A stretch of DNA of 64,000 bases. Origin: Gemmatimonadaceae bacterium (lineage in GTDB: Bacteria; Gemmatimonadota; Gemmatimonadetes; Gemmatimonadales; Gemmatimonadaceae). The notes beneath the pieces are model-generated. The model did not search any database. It had not been told where the DNA came from and was given only the letters and a program-made list of their open reading frames with translations. The stretch's first letter is position 1, and every line of letters begins with the position of its first letter. The translations under genes were made by a program, and so were the position numbers. Shown here in pieces: positions 1 to 9,588 of this stretch. The DNA lies in the NCBI GenBank assembly GCA_035496295.1, contig DATJET010000199.1:8-64007 (forward strand), written 5' to 3'.

Positions 1-902
1 TTGGCGCGGCGCGGGCGCGGCGCACGAGGCCGCCGCGCGACGAGAAAATCGTCGCGTCCTGGAACGGGCTCATGCTGCGCGCCCTCGCCGAAGCCGCCCG
101 AGCGCTCGAACATGATGCGGCTCGCGCACTCGCGATGCGCAACGGCTCGTTTCTCCTTCGCGAGCTCGTGCACGATGGGCGGGCGGCGCGCGTCTGGAAT
201 GCGGCGGGCGGCGCGTCGCACGCGCCAGGCTTTCTCGATGATCAGGCAGCGGTCGCCTTGGCCGCGATTGCCATGTATGAGCTCACCTTCGATGCATCGT
301 GGGTGGCCGAAGCGCGCCGGATGGCCGACGCCATGCTCCGGTGGTTCTGGGACGAACACACCGGGATGTTCTACGATACGGCACACGATCATGAAGCACT
401 CATCACGCGCCCGCGGGAAACGACGGACAACGCCACGCCGTCCGGGACCTCGCTTGCCGTGGAGCTGCTCCTTCGTCTGGGCGACCTGCTCGACGTGCCG
501 TCCTGGCGCCAGCACGCCGTCGACGTGCTGTCGAGCATCGGCAATGCGGTGGAGCGCTATCCGCTCGCATTCGGCCATCTGCTCACGGCGGCGGATGTCG
601 CCGTCTACGGACCCGTCGAAGTCGCGTTGTTAGGCGATCCCTCGAGTGTCGGATTCGTCGCGCTGCAGCGTGCCGCGGGGCAGCAATACGTGCCGGGCTT
701 GGTGCTCGCGGGCGGACGCGCCAACGGCGACATCGCGCTGCTGCGCAACCGCAAGCCGATCAACGACGCGGCGACGGCGTTCGTCTGCCGCCACTACGCG
801 TGCGACGCGCCGACGACGATTCCCGAAACGTTGAGCGCCCAACTCGAGCTCGCGGTAGATGCGCCGCCCGCCGATTCCGTTGGGCAGGCTCCGAACGGCT
901 AG
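1..902 (+). CDS. Thioredoxin-domain/DUF255 (YyaL/SSP411-like) protein, C-terminal part; 5' end lies outside the window
   Basis: The frame is open from nt 3. The translation ...DEKIVASWNGLMLRAL...FLDDQAAVALA...TDNATPSGTS...FVCRHYACDAPT resembles the alpha/alpha-barrel C-terminal half of YyaL-type proteins. Stop TAG at 900-902. Confidence 0.75.
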   Translation, partial: GAARARRTRPPRDEKIVASWNGLMLRALAEAARALEHDAARALAMRNGSFLLRELVHDGRAARVWNAAGGASHAPGFLDDQAAVALAAIAMYELTFDASWVAEARRMADAMLRWFWDEHTGMFYDTAHDHEALITRPRETTDNATPSGTSLAVELLLRLGDLLDVPSWRQHAVDVLSSIGNAVERYPLAFGHLLTAADVAVYGPVEVALLGDPSSVGFVALQRAAGQQYVPGLVLAGGRANGDIALLRNRKPINDAATAFVCRHYACDAPTTIPETLSAQLELAVDAPPADSVGQAPNG

Positions 903-908
903 GACCGA

Positions 909-1118
909 TCACAGATCGCCGCACGTCATCAGAATGGCGTGGCACTGGTTGCAGATGAGTTTGCATCGCACCCACGCGATATCCGCGGAACCGCAGATGT
1001 CGCAGGACGGCGGGTCCGGATCGGGCGGCGTCCGGGGCGGCCCGGTCTCGTGTTCTGGCATCGGCGAGGGTTCTTGCCCGTTATCGGACATTCGTGTCGT
1101 GTACGCGGTGGCGAACAC
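909..1118 (-). CDS. Small zinc-ribbon protein (CxxC...CxxC); start uncertain (GTG 1118 or ATG 1091)
   Basis: 60-69 aa ORF with high GC3. It carries the motif CDICG-x13-CNQCH. It converges on the upstream gene and ends 7 nt after that gene's stop. Confidence 0.4.
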   Translation of the reverse strand: MFATAYTTRMSDNGQEPSPMPEHETGPPRTPPDPDPPSCDICGSADIAWVRCKLICNQCHAILMTCGDL

Positions 1119-1273
1119 TGAGTGTTAGGCGTGGGCGCGACGGTGCGGCGAGGTCAACAATGAGCATGCTGTCGTAACGTAGTCGCCCGCTGCCTTCGCG
1201 CGAACGGCCGGATGCGACGCGCCCGCGCGACGTGGTCGCGCGGGCGCGTCGTATCTCTCGAGTGCTGGAGCGT

Positions 1274-1594
1274 CTAGCGCCAGTGGCCTTCCACCCAGTA
1301 CCAGCCGCGCCGATCGTGCGCCCAATGCCCAGGCCGCCACGCGTGATAGCCGCGACCGAGCACAATCCATCGGCCGCGTATCCAGACATACGCCCGTGTG
1401 TCCCAGTTGTAATGGCCCGGCACCCACACGTAGCCCGGCCCAGGAGCGGGGCCGATCACTTCGACCCGCTCGACCGGAGGAGCCTCGCGTACGTACACGC
1501 GCTCGCCCCGCGGACTCGACGCGCACGCGGCGACGCCGAGCAGTGTAGCAGCGAGCGCGACCGTCATCACCTTTCGCTTCGTCTGTTCTATCAT
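1274..1594 (-). CDS. Lipoprotein with WxxGxW/YxWxxGxW repeats (BcpO-related repeat family)
   Basis: Internal ATG at 1594 is preceded by AAGGA. Signal peptide plus lipobox LLGVAAC. C-terminal repeats GYVWVPGHYNW, YVWIRGRW, WRPGHW, GWYWVEGHW. Confidence 0.6.
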   Translation of the reverse strand: MIEQTKRKVMTVALAATLLGVAACASSPRGERVYVREAPPVERVEVIGPAPGPGYVWVPGHYNWDTRAYVWIRGRWIVLGRGYHAWRPGHWAHDRRGWYWVEGHWR

Positions 1595-1733
1595 CTCATC
1601 CGTCCTTTGCGCTCGGAAGCGCATCGATGTCGTCCGCAGAAATGCATAGACCGGCCCGCCGCGACGGGCCGTACAATTCATTGGACGATTTGCGCCGACC
1701 GGCGTTAATGGCGGACGCGGCCGTTAGACGGCC

Positions 1734-2780
1734 TTATTTCGCTCGACCGGCGCCGGGCTCGTGCGCGGGCGAGGACTTGAACACGCGGAACAAGTACGTG
1801 ATCGACGGCAACAGCACGATGGCTCCCAGCGCCAGTACGATGAGGAACAGGGCGAGGGTTCGCGACGGCGCCGCGGCGTTCGCGACTGTGAGAGTTGGCG
1901 GCACCAGGTAGGGCGCTTGCGTAGCGGCCCATCCCCACAAGATGAGCGACACTTGCGCAGCGACCGCGATGCGCGCGATCCGCCACTTCCTGACCCAGAG
2001 CGCGGCGATGGCGAGGATCGCGGCGATGCCGGTCAACACGTGCAGCGCCGGAGCCCACGAAGACGCGAGCAGTCCGGCGCTGACGCGCGGCGCCTGCCAT
2101 CGCGCAAGCAAGAGCGCGAGAAACGCAGTGACGAACACTGCGATTGCCGCAGCAAGCGCACGGCGGCGGAAATCCTCGCGCAGCGCTGCATTGTCCGCTT
2201 CAACGGTGAGGTACGTCGCGGCGAGAAACGCGAACAGGCACAACGCCAGCGCGCCAACAGCTACGGTGAACGGAGACAACCATGGCCACACGTACATCGA
2301 TACGAAAGACTCGCGCGTGCCGCCGCTATTCAACTGCTCGAGCACCGCGCCAACACGTCCAGACGCAATGGCGCCGATGCACACGCCGAGGAGGAGTGGC
2401 GTGAGCAAACTCGCGATGGCGAACAGTCGGCCCCATCGTCGCTGGGGCGCGTCTTCGCTGCTGCCGTAACTGCGGAACGCGAACGCGGAGCCGCGTAACA
2501 CAATGCCGATCAACATGAGGGTGAGCGGAATGTGGAGCGCGATCGCGAGACCGGCGTAAACCGCCGGAAAGCATGTGAACAGCAACACGACGACCAGGAT
2601 CAGCCAGACGTGATTGGCTTCCCAGATCGGCCCGATGGCCTCGGCGATCAGCGCGCGCTGCTCGGCGCGTCGCGGGCCGGTGGCCAGCAGGTCCCATACG
2701 CCGCCGCCGAAATCCGCGCCCGCGAGCAGCACGTAGGCGTTGAGCGAAACCAACGCGACGAACGCGATCGCAGTAGCCAT
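1734..2780 (-). CDS. cydB: Cytochrome bd ubiquinol oxidase subunit II
   Basis: Starts MATAIAFVALVSLNAYVLLAGADFGGGVWDL, typical of a CydB N-terminus. Polytopic membrane protein. ATG lies 11 nt downstream of the cydA stop. The longer ORF in the track is an upstream extension. Confidence 0.85.
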   Translation of the reverse strand: MATAIAFVALVSLNAYVLLAGADFGGGVWDLLATGPRRAEQRALIAEAIGPIWEANHVWLILVVVLLFTCFPAVYAGLAIALHIPLTLMLIGIVLRGSAFAFRSYGSSEDAPQRRWGRLFAIASLLTPLLLGVCIGAIASGRVGAVLEQLNSGGTRESFVSMYVWPWLSPFTVAVGALALCLFAFLAATYLTVEADNAALREDFRRRALAAAIAVFVTAFLALLLARWQAPRVSAGLLASSWAPALHVLTGIAAILAIAALWVRKWRIARIAVAAQVSLILWGWAATQAPYLVPPTLTVANAAAPSRTLALFLIVLALGAIVLLPSITYLFRVFKSSPAHEPGAGRAK

Positions 2781-2791
2781 GCAGAAGTCCG

Positions 2792-4126
2792 TTAGGCGGC
2801 GGCGGGCGCGATCGTCCCGTCGCCGTCGCGCGTGATCGGGCTGCGCATCACCAGGTCGTACAGCAGCCACACTACGACGACGCCGAGGAAACAGTAGAGT
2901 GCACTGATCACGAGGAATGGTACGATGAGACCAGGCATGGGCGTCACCGAATCCGCTGTTCGCATGACGCCGTAGATCACCCACGGCTGTCGCCCGACTT
3001 CAGTGACCGTCCACCCGGCTTCGATGCAGATGAATCCCATGGGCGACGCGATGGTCACAGCGCGCATGAGCCACCGGTTGGCCGCGAGATCGCGCCGTCG
3101 CAACGCCTCGACAGCTACCCATATGCCGAGCAGCGCGAGGTACGTACCGAGTGCGACCATGATTTGGAAGGCAACGTGGACAACGGGGACCGGCGGCCAG
3201 TCGCGCCGTGGCACGGCATCCAGTCCCCGAACCACGGCGTGCGGATCGTGAAAGGCGAGCAGCGACAGTCCGCGGGGGATCTCGATTGCCCAACGTGTCC
3301 GTTGGGCATCGACGTCGGGAATACCGCCGATGCGGAGCGGCGCGCCGGACTCGGTGCGGAACTGCCCTTCCATGGCCGCGAGCTTCGGCGGCTGCCAGTG
3401 CGCGACGTATCGCGCGCTCACGTCACCCGAGATCGGCTGCACGATCGCAGCCGGCACTCCGACGATGAGTGCCACACCGAGGGCGCGCCGGTGGAACGCG
3501 TTGCGGTGGTCTCGAAGCAGCATGAAGCCATGAATGCCGGCCACCGCAAACCCCGTAGCGGCATAGGCGGCCACCAGCATGTGGAGCACTTCGGGAAACG
3601 CCGCGGGCGTCAGCATGGCAGCGAGTGGATCCACGTTCACGGGCGCGCCATTCTGCAGTTGAAATCCCGCCGGTGTATTCATCCACGCGTTCGCGATCAC
3701 GACGAACAGCGCTGAAGCCGCTCCGCTCACCGCGACGAGGAAGCCGGCCACGATGTGCGCGCGCGGCGAGATGCGCTGCCACCCGTACAGATACACGCCG
3801 AGAAAAATGGCCTCGGCGAAGAACGCAAAGCCTTCGAGCGAAAAGGGCATGCCGATGATGGCACCAGCGAATCGCATGAAGCCCGGCCACAGGAGGCCGA
3901 GCTCGAAGCTCAAGACCGTTCCGGATACGGCGCCGACGGCGAAGAGAATGGCGGTGCCTTTGGCCCAACGCTTCGCAAGCTCGAGGTACATCGCGTCGCC
4001 GGTGCGCCGCCACCGCGCCTCGGCGATGATCATGAGCACCGGCATGGCGATGCCGACGACGGCGAACAGGATGTGAAAACCGAGCGACACCGCCATTTGG
4101 GACCTGGCGGCGAGCACGTCGCCCAT
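2792..4126 (-). CDS. cydA: Cytochrome bd ubiquinol oxidase subunit I
   Basis: 444 aa beginning MGDVLAARSQMAVSLGFHILFAVVGIAMP, with WRRTGD, the Q-loop region and GWTVTEVGRQPW, all CydA hallmarks. The TAA stop lies inside a GTTAGGC copy. Confidence 0.9.
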   Translation of the reverse strand: MGDVLAARSQMAVSLGFHILFAVVGIAMPVLMIIAEARWRRTGDAMYLELAKRWAKGTAILFAVGAVSGTVLSFELGLLWPGFMRFAGAIIGMPFSLEGFAFFAEAIFLGVYLYGWQRISPRAHIVAGFLVAVSGAASALFVVIANAWMNTPAGFQLQNGAPVNVDPLAAMLTPAAFPEVLHMLVAAYAATGFAVAGIHGFMLLRDHRNAFHRRALGVALIVGVPAAIVQPISGDVSARYVAHWQPPKLAAMEGQFRTESGAPLRIGGIPDVDAQRTRWAIEIPRGLSLLAFHDPHAVVRGLDAVPRRDWPPVPVVHVAFQIMVALGTYLALLGIWVAVEALRRRDLAANRWLMRAVTIASPMGFICIEAGWTVTEVGRQPWVIYGVMRTADSVTPMPGLIVPFLVISALYCFLGVVVVWLLYDLVMRSPITRDGDGTIAPAAA

Positions 4127-5163
4127 CAGACTGCCTCGAACTCGAGCTCCAGATCGAGCGCCGGCGCGCGTTGCGTGAGCGCGTCGACGGCAATGCGATC
4201 GACTCCGGCTTGTGCGAAGCTTCGCACCGCATCGAGACGCACGTCACCGGTCACCTGCGTGTACACGCGCGACGATGCAACTTCCACGCATTCGCGGACG
4301 TGCAGCGGTGTCATGCCATCGAGCAGCACCGCATCCACGCCGGCAGCAACGGCAATGCGCACTTCGGCGGGGGAACGGCACGCGACCTCGATACGCGTGT
4401 GGTCCGACGCCAGTTCGCGCGTCCGTCGCACGACCATCGCCACATCGCGATTCGTGGCGGTGAGGTGGCTGTCGCGAATCTGCACGACGTCCAAGCCGTC
4501 GCGCCTCACGCCTAACGCGCCGCCGGCACGCGCCGCGTAGTGCTCGAGCTCCCGCAGGCCCGGCGTGGTCTTCCAGGTGTCGACGATACGGGCCGAGGTC
4601 CCGCGCACGGCCTCGACGTAGGACGCCGTGAGCGTCGCAATACCCGATAGGTGCCGGAGGAAGTTGAGTGCGACGCGCTCGGCCGACAGGATGGCGTGCG
4701 AGAGCGCGGTGATGCGCACGACTGGCGCGCCATCGGTCACGCGGCCGCCGTCGTCGATATCGACGCGCAGGGCGGCGTTGGAATCGAAGAGCCGGAACGC
4801 CGCGACGGCTAACGGAACGCCCGCCAGGACGCCCGATTGCCGCGCGACGATCGTCGCGTGCGCGCGTCGAGCGGACAAGACGCTCGCCGCGGTGGCGATG
4901 TCGTGGTAGGCGCCGTCTTCGAGCAAAGCCGCGCGAAGACACGCTTCGAGTTGTCGATCCGAGAGCGGGAACCCGAGGTGGTCGTCTTCGGCCACCGGCG
5001 CCCCGGTTTGGGGCGTCACGGCACGCGAGGCGCGTCGATCTCGGGATGGTCGCGGGAATCGGGATTCCAGGCCGCGGTCGCTGTTACGACTCGGCTCGAT
5101 GGAGCGCCGGCGGTCGCTTTCGAACCGTCCTTCCTCCGGCCCAAACATCTCGGGTGTGGTCAT
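4126..5163 (-). CDS. nadC: Nicotinate-nucleotide pyrophosphorylase (carboxylating), with ~60-aa N-terminal extension
   Basis: Contains LNFLRHLSGIATLT...IVDTWKTTPGLRELEHYA...GG and a QPRTase C-terminal TIM barrel. ATG 5163 is preceded by AGGAGG with an 8-nt spacer. Its TGA stop overlaps the cydA ATG (TGATG). Confidence 0.8.
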   Translation of the reverse strand: MTTPEMFGPEEGRFESDRRRSIEPSRNSDRGLESRFPRPSRDRRASRAVTPQTGAPVAEDDHLGFPLSDRQLEACLRAALLEDGAYHDIATAASVLSARRAHATIVARQSGVLAGVPLAVAAFRLFDSNAALRVDIDDGGRVTDGAPVVRITALSHAILSAERVALNFLRHLSGIATLTASYVEAVRGTSARIVDTWKTTPGLRELEHYAARAGGALGVRRDGLDVVQIRDSHLTATNRDVAMVVRRTRELASDHTRIEVACRSPAEVRIAVAAGVDAVLLDGMTPLHVRECVEVASSRVYTQVTGDVRLDAVRSFAQAGVDRIAVDALTQRAPALDLELEFEAV

Positions 5164-5319
5164 GCGCCCCACCTCCTGCCGTCTCCGCTGGAATCTGCAA
5201 GCTGACCAGTGCCGGTTGCGGATGCAAGACGCGGGCGCGCAGCAAACGCTTGCCGCTCCCCTCGACCGATCCCAAATTCGCCCGACGCGGCTTGCTGTTC
5301 GCGGCTTCCGAAAGCGGCG

Positions 5320-5454
5320 CAGGTCGATCCGCAGGGAACGCGCGGAATGCCGTCGCAGTTCGTGCAAATGATCCCGTACGTCTTCACGGCCATCGCGCTT
5401 GCCGGCGTCGTGAGGAAGACGACTCCGCCGGCGGCGCTGGGCAAGGCCGAGTGA
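5320..5454 (+). pseudogene. Relic of the C-terminal ~37 aa of a nucleoside/simple-sugar-type ABC transporter permease
   Basis: The translation ...RGMPSQFVQMIPYVFTAIALAGVVRKTTPPAALGKAE* matches the conserved C-terminus of BMP/RbsC-type permeases (..P.q..mlPY..T...L.g......PaalG). No upstream permease body is present. Confidence 0.45.
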
Positions 5455-5527
5455 TCGAAACGCAACGGGCGTGGCTGCATCGGCGGCTTCCTGACGTGTG
5501 TCGTGCTCCAGCCGCTAGATTCCACGC

Positions 5528-6847
5528 GTGACTTCCCGTTTCGGCACACAGGTCCAGAAGTTCAGGTCGGGTGAGCCCGGCAAGCTCGGCGTCCTCATGG
5601 CGACGGCTTTCGTCGACATGGTGGGTGCGTTGATGATCTTGCCGCTGATGCCGTTCTACGCCGAAAAGTTCGGCGCCAGCGACTTCATGGTCATGGTGCT
5701 CGTGTCGGCGTTCTCGGCGATGCAGCTGGTGAGCGCGCCACTGTGGGGCCGCGTATCGGATCGGTACGGTAGAAAACCCGCGCTCCTCATCGGGCTTGGC
5801 GCTTCGGCGATCGCGTACGTCGTTTTCGCATACGCGGATACCTATTGGCTGCTGCTGCTCTCGAGGGCCGTGCAGGGCGCCGGCGGCGGTACTACCGCCG
5901 TGATTCAGGCGTACGTCACCGACAGCGTCGAGCCGCGCAACCGCGCGAAAGGGTTGGGATGGCTGTCGGCGGCGACGAACGCCGGTGTTGTGTTAGGCCC
6001 GGCGCTCGGATCGTGGTCCAAGCAATTCGGGGGCGACCACGGACCGGGGTTGGTCGCGGCGGTACTCTGTGTGTTGAACGTGCTCTTCGCGGCCAAGTAT
6101 CTCGTGGAGTCGCGCGTCGTGTCGGCCGCTGATCGTGCGCGTCGGGCGAGCGGCAATACCACGGTGAAAGCCGTGCTGCGCGTGGCCTCGTGGCATCACA
6201 TCGGCGATCCGGCATCGCGTCTCGTGTGGATGTACTCGATCGGTATCGGCGCGTTCTATGGTGTCAATGCGCTGATCACTTTGTATCTCGGCCGCGCGTT
6301 CAACGTGACGGCCGAATCGATCGGTCCGTTCTATTCGTACATCGGCGCCCTCAACATCTTTTTCCGGCTCATCGTGTTAGGCAAGGCGGTCGACACGCTG
6401 GGCGAGATGCGGACGTCGCGCTTCGGCGCGTCGATACTGGCGCTGGGCCTCGCGGTCATTCCGTTGACCGCGCCCGTGCACATCCCCCATTTGACGTATC
6501 TGACCATCGGCCTTGCGCTCGCGCTGATTCCGCTCGGCACGGCACTCAACTTTCCGTGCGTCACGGCCACGCTGTCACGAGTCGTGAGCGACGATGACCG
6601 CGGCCTGTACATGGGTGTGCAGCAGACGTACGGCGGACTCGCGCGCGTTCTGTATCCGTTAGCCGCCGGTGCCGCGTCGGATCACTTCGGCGTCGGCGCG
6701 CCGTTCTGGTTGTCCGCGTTGCTCGTCGCGAGCACGATCCTCATCGGCAAGAACCTGAATCGATTCACGGCCAGAACGGGCGAGCACCCCGTGCCATCCC
6801 CTGCTGTTGCCGAAGCCGTGAAGGAAACGCCCGCGATCGCAGAATAG
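5528..6847 (+). CDS. MFS transporter (drug/H+ antiporter-like); alternative ATG start at 5597
   Basis: 12-TM profile. MFS motif A is present as GRVSDRYGRKP. Confidence 0.8.
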   Translation: MTSRFGTQVQKFRSGEPGKLGVLMATAFVDMVGALMILPLMPFYAEKFGASDFMVMVLVSAFSAMQLVSAPLWGRVSDRYGRKPALLIGLGASAIAYVVFAYADTYWLLLLSRAVQGAGGGTTAVIQAYVTDSVEPRNRAKGLGWLSAATNAGVVLGPALGSWSKQFGGDHGPGLVAAVLCVLNVLFAAKYLVESRVVSAADRARRASGNTTVKAVLRVASWHHIGDPASRLVWMYSIGIGAFYGVNALITLYLGRAFNVTAESIGPFYSYIGALNIFFRLIVLGKAVDTLGEMRTSRFGASILALGLAVIPLTAPVHIPHLTYLTIGLALALIPLGTALNFPCVTATLSRVVSDDDRGLYMGVQQTYGGLARVLYPLAAGAASDHFGVGAPFWLSALLVASTILIGKNLNRFTARTGEHPVPSPAVAEAVKETPAIAE

Positions 6848-6877
6848 CGGCGACGCCGCGCGGTGCGCTGTCCCGGC

Positions 6878-8530
6878 TTACTGAATGACGACCGCTTGGG
6901 CGCGCGTCCAGCGGCCTTCCGCCCACCGCGCGATGAGCGTGATGGCGAGCACGAGCGCGATCAGCACCACGCTGAACGCCGCCGCCGTACCGAACGCAAA
7001 ATTCCGCAGCTGCGATAGGATCTCCATGGAGATCGGGCGATTCGCATGAGTGAACAGCACGATGCTCGCCACGAATTCGCCGACGGCGGTAATCCCGGCG
7101 AGCATTGCGCCGGCAACGAGCCCCGGGCGCGCGGCGGGAAGAACCACGCGACGCATGGTGAGCCACCAGCTCGCGCCTAACCCGCGCGCGGCGTCCTCGA
7201 GCGACGGATCCATCTGGCGCAGCGATCCTTCGGTCGCGCTGGACACGAGCGGGATGCCCCGCACGAAGTAGGCAAGGGGCAGAATCCAGAATGTGCCGAC
7301 CAGCAGTACGCGCGCACCGAGCAGCGAGTTGCGGTCGAACGTCGATGCCAGTCCAATGGCGATCGCCGTTCCGGGAATCGCCCACGGCAACGCCACGAGA
7401 ATCGCGAGCAGCCAACGGACTCGGAATCGTCGCAGCACGAGCAGATAGGCGGCGAGGAAGCATACCACGATGTCGAGCGCCGTCGCGATTGCGGTCATCG
7501 ACACGCTGTTCCAGATCGGCACCCAGAGCTCGTTATCGGTGGCGAGCCGCCGGAAGTTGTCGAGCGTGTACTCGGGCGGCAGCACCTGTGTCGTCCACGT
7601 GCCGTCACGCGCGAACGACACGAGAATGACAACGAGCGCCGCGCCGAGAATCGGCGCGAGCGCACGCGCGGTGGGCGACTGCAGTCGGCTGCGCACGGCG
7701 GATCCCTTCGATGACACGGCGTATGTGCGCCGGCGCTCGAACCACCGCAGCAGAATCAGCGCCGCGATCGCGCCGACGGCGAGCACGGTGGTCTCGACGT
7801 AGGCGAGATCCATCGCGCCATTGAGCTTGGATGCGACGATCTGCGTGGACAGTACGCGCAGCCCGCCGCCGAAGATGTATGGGGCCGAAAAACTGCCGAG
7901 CGCGCTCATGAACACCAGCAGCATCGACCCGGCGATCGCGGGCGTGAGCAACGGCAGCGTGACGCGGCGCAGACGGAACGACCGCGACGCGCCTAACCCG
8001 GACGCGGCGTCGTCCAACGACGAGTCCAACCGCTCGAGGCCCGCCGAGACAAACAGAAAGACATACACGTACATTGTGTACGCGTGCACGAAGATGATCG
8101 CCCCGGCGCCGTTGAGCGTCCACGGCGCATGGTCGAGTCCAAAGAGCGTCTGCACGCCGCGCGTCACCACGCCGCTCTCGCCGTAGAGAAAGAGAAACGC
8201 GACCACGCCCACGAGAGGCGGCAGGGCCGCGGGCAGCGTGGCGACCACGCTCAAGAGGCGGCGTCCGCGAAACTCCACGCGTGTGAGGAGAAACGCCAAC
8301 GGCAGGCCGACGGCCACGGAGGCAATGACCGATCCGATCGCAATCACGAGCGTGGTACGTAACGCTTCGCGATCCGTCGGGCTGGATGCAAACGCGCGCC
8401 ACGACCGCAAACCATGCTCGAAACTTCCGACGATAATGGACGCGTTGGGGTAGACGACCGTCCACAGGAGCAAGACCAACACCGGCAGTGCGAACAGCCA
8501 CGTGCCTTTCGCGCCCGGGCGGCTGCTCAC
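6878..8530 (-). CDS. ABC importer permease, duplicated (two BPD_transp_1 domains; FbpB/ThiP-like)
   Basis: About 12 TM segments with two EAA-like loops (LDDAASGLGASR.. and LEDAARGLGASWW). GTG start at 8530 overlaps the upstream TGA (GTGA). The 605-aa track ORF is an upstream extension. Confidence 0.8.
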   Translation of the reverse strand: MSSRPGAKGTWLFALPVLVLLLWTVVYPNASIIVGSFEHGLRSWRAFASSPTDREALRTTLVIAIGSVIASVAVGLPLAFLLTRVEFRGRRLLSVVATLPAALPPLVGVVAFLFLYGESGVVTRGVQTLFGLDHAPWTLNGAGAIIFVHAYTMYVYVFLFVSAGLERLDSSLDDAASGLGASRSFRLRRVTLPLLTPAIAGSMLLVFMSALGSFSAPYIFGGGLRVLSTQIVASKLNGAMDLAYVETTVLAVGAIAALILLRWFERRRTYAVSSKGSAVRSRLQSPTARALAPILGAALVVILVSFARDGTWTTQVLPPEYTLDNFRRLATDNELWVPIWNSVSMTAIATALDIVVCFLAAYLLVLRRFRVRWLLAILVALPWAIPGTAIAIGLASTFDRNSLLGARVLLVGTFWILPLAYFVRGIPLVSSATEGSLRQMDPSLEDAARGLGASWWLTMRRVVLPAARPGLVAGAMLAGITAVGEFVASIVLFTHANRPISMEILSQLRNFAFGTAAAFSVVLIALVLAITLIARWAEGRWTRAQAVVIQ

Positions 8531-9588
8531 GCGACCACCGCCACCGGTTCGCGCGCGACCCGCACCCACACCGTATCGCCGGGCTGTACGTCGCGCACGG
8601 TGCTGTGCAGCTCGATATCGACGTCGCCCGCCACCCGCACGCGGTACGCGAGCAACGCACCGGCGAAGCGGCGCTCCTGCACGACGCCGCTCCACGCATC
8701 GGTCCCGTTAGGCTGAGAAAAGGCGAGCGCGTCGGGCCGCAGCACGGCGGTGGCGGCCCCGCGCGACGGCAGGCCGGGCGCGGGAGCGGCGCGGAGGGAC
8801 CGGGACGCGCCGCCTAACTGGACGGTGATGCGGTCCCCGTCCAGGGTGCCCGGCACGAGGGTGGACCGGCCGATGAACGCGGCCACCTCGCGGTTCGCCG
8901 GACGATCGTACAGGAGCTCCGCCGTTCCCACCTGCAACAGCCGACCCTCGGCCAGCAGCGCCACGCGGTCGGCGACGGCGAAGGCGTCCTCCTGATCGTG
9001 CGTCACGAAGAGCGCGGTGACGCCGAGGCGGCGCAGCGTCGCGCGCAGCTCTTCGCGCGTGCTGCGCCGGAGCGTCGGGTCGAGGTTGGACAGTGGCTCG
9101 TCGAGGAGCAGCACCGGCGGCTCGATGACTAACGCACGGGCGAGCGCGACCCGCTGCTGCTCGCCGCCCGAGAGCGATTGGATGGGCCGGCCGGCGGCAC
9201 CTGCGAGGCCGACGCCGGCCAACGCTTCGGCGGCGCGCGACATGCGCTCGCTCCGCGTCACGCCGCGCGCCTCGAGGCCGAACGCCACGTTCTGCCCAAC
9301 GGTGAGATGCGGGAACAGCGCGTAGTGCTGGAACACCATGCCGAACTGGCGGCGTTGCGGCGGCAGGCTCGTGATGTCGCGTCCGTCGAGGACGACCGCG
9401 CCGGCGTCGGGCGCCTCGTAGCCCGCTACCATGCGGAGGGTCGTGGTTTTGCCGGAGCCGCTGGCGCCGATGAGCGCGACCAACTCTCCCGCGGCAATCT
9501 CGAGCGACACGGCGTCCACTGCGGCGCGTGCTTCACTGAATCGGCGCGTCAACCGAACGAGCGCGAGATGCGGCGTGGCGCCGCTCAC
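8527..9588 (-). CDS. ABC transporter ATP-binding protein (FbpC/PotA family)
   Basis: Walker A GASGSGKTT, signature LSGGEQQRV, Walker B LLLDEP, and a C-terminal TOBE-like domain. GTG 9588 overlaps the upstream stop (GTGA). Confidence 0.85.
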   Translation of the reverse strand: MSGATPHLALVRLTRRFSEARAAVDAVSLEIAAGELVALIGASGSGKTTTLRMVAGYEAPDAGAVVLDGRDITSLPPQRRQFGMVFQHYALFPHLTVGQNVAFGLEARGVTRSERMSRAAEALAGVGLAGAAGRPIQSLSGGEQQRVALARALVIEPPVLLLDEPLSNLDPTLRRSTREELRATLRRLGVTALFVTHDQEDAFAVADRVALLAEGRLLQVGTAELLYDRPANREVAAFIGRSTLVPGTLDGDRITVQLGGASRSLRAAPAPGLPSRGAATAVLRPDALAFSQPNGTDAWSGVVQERRFAGALLAYRVRVAGDVDIELHSTVRDVQPGDTVWVRVAREPVAVVA

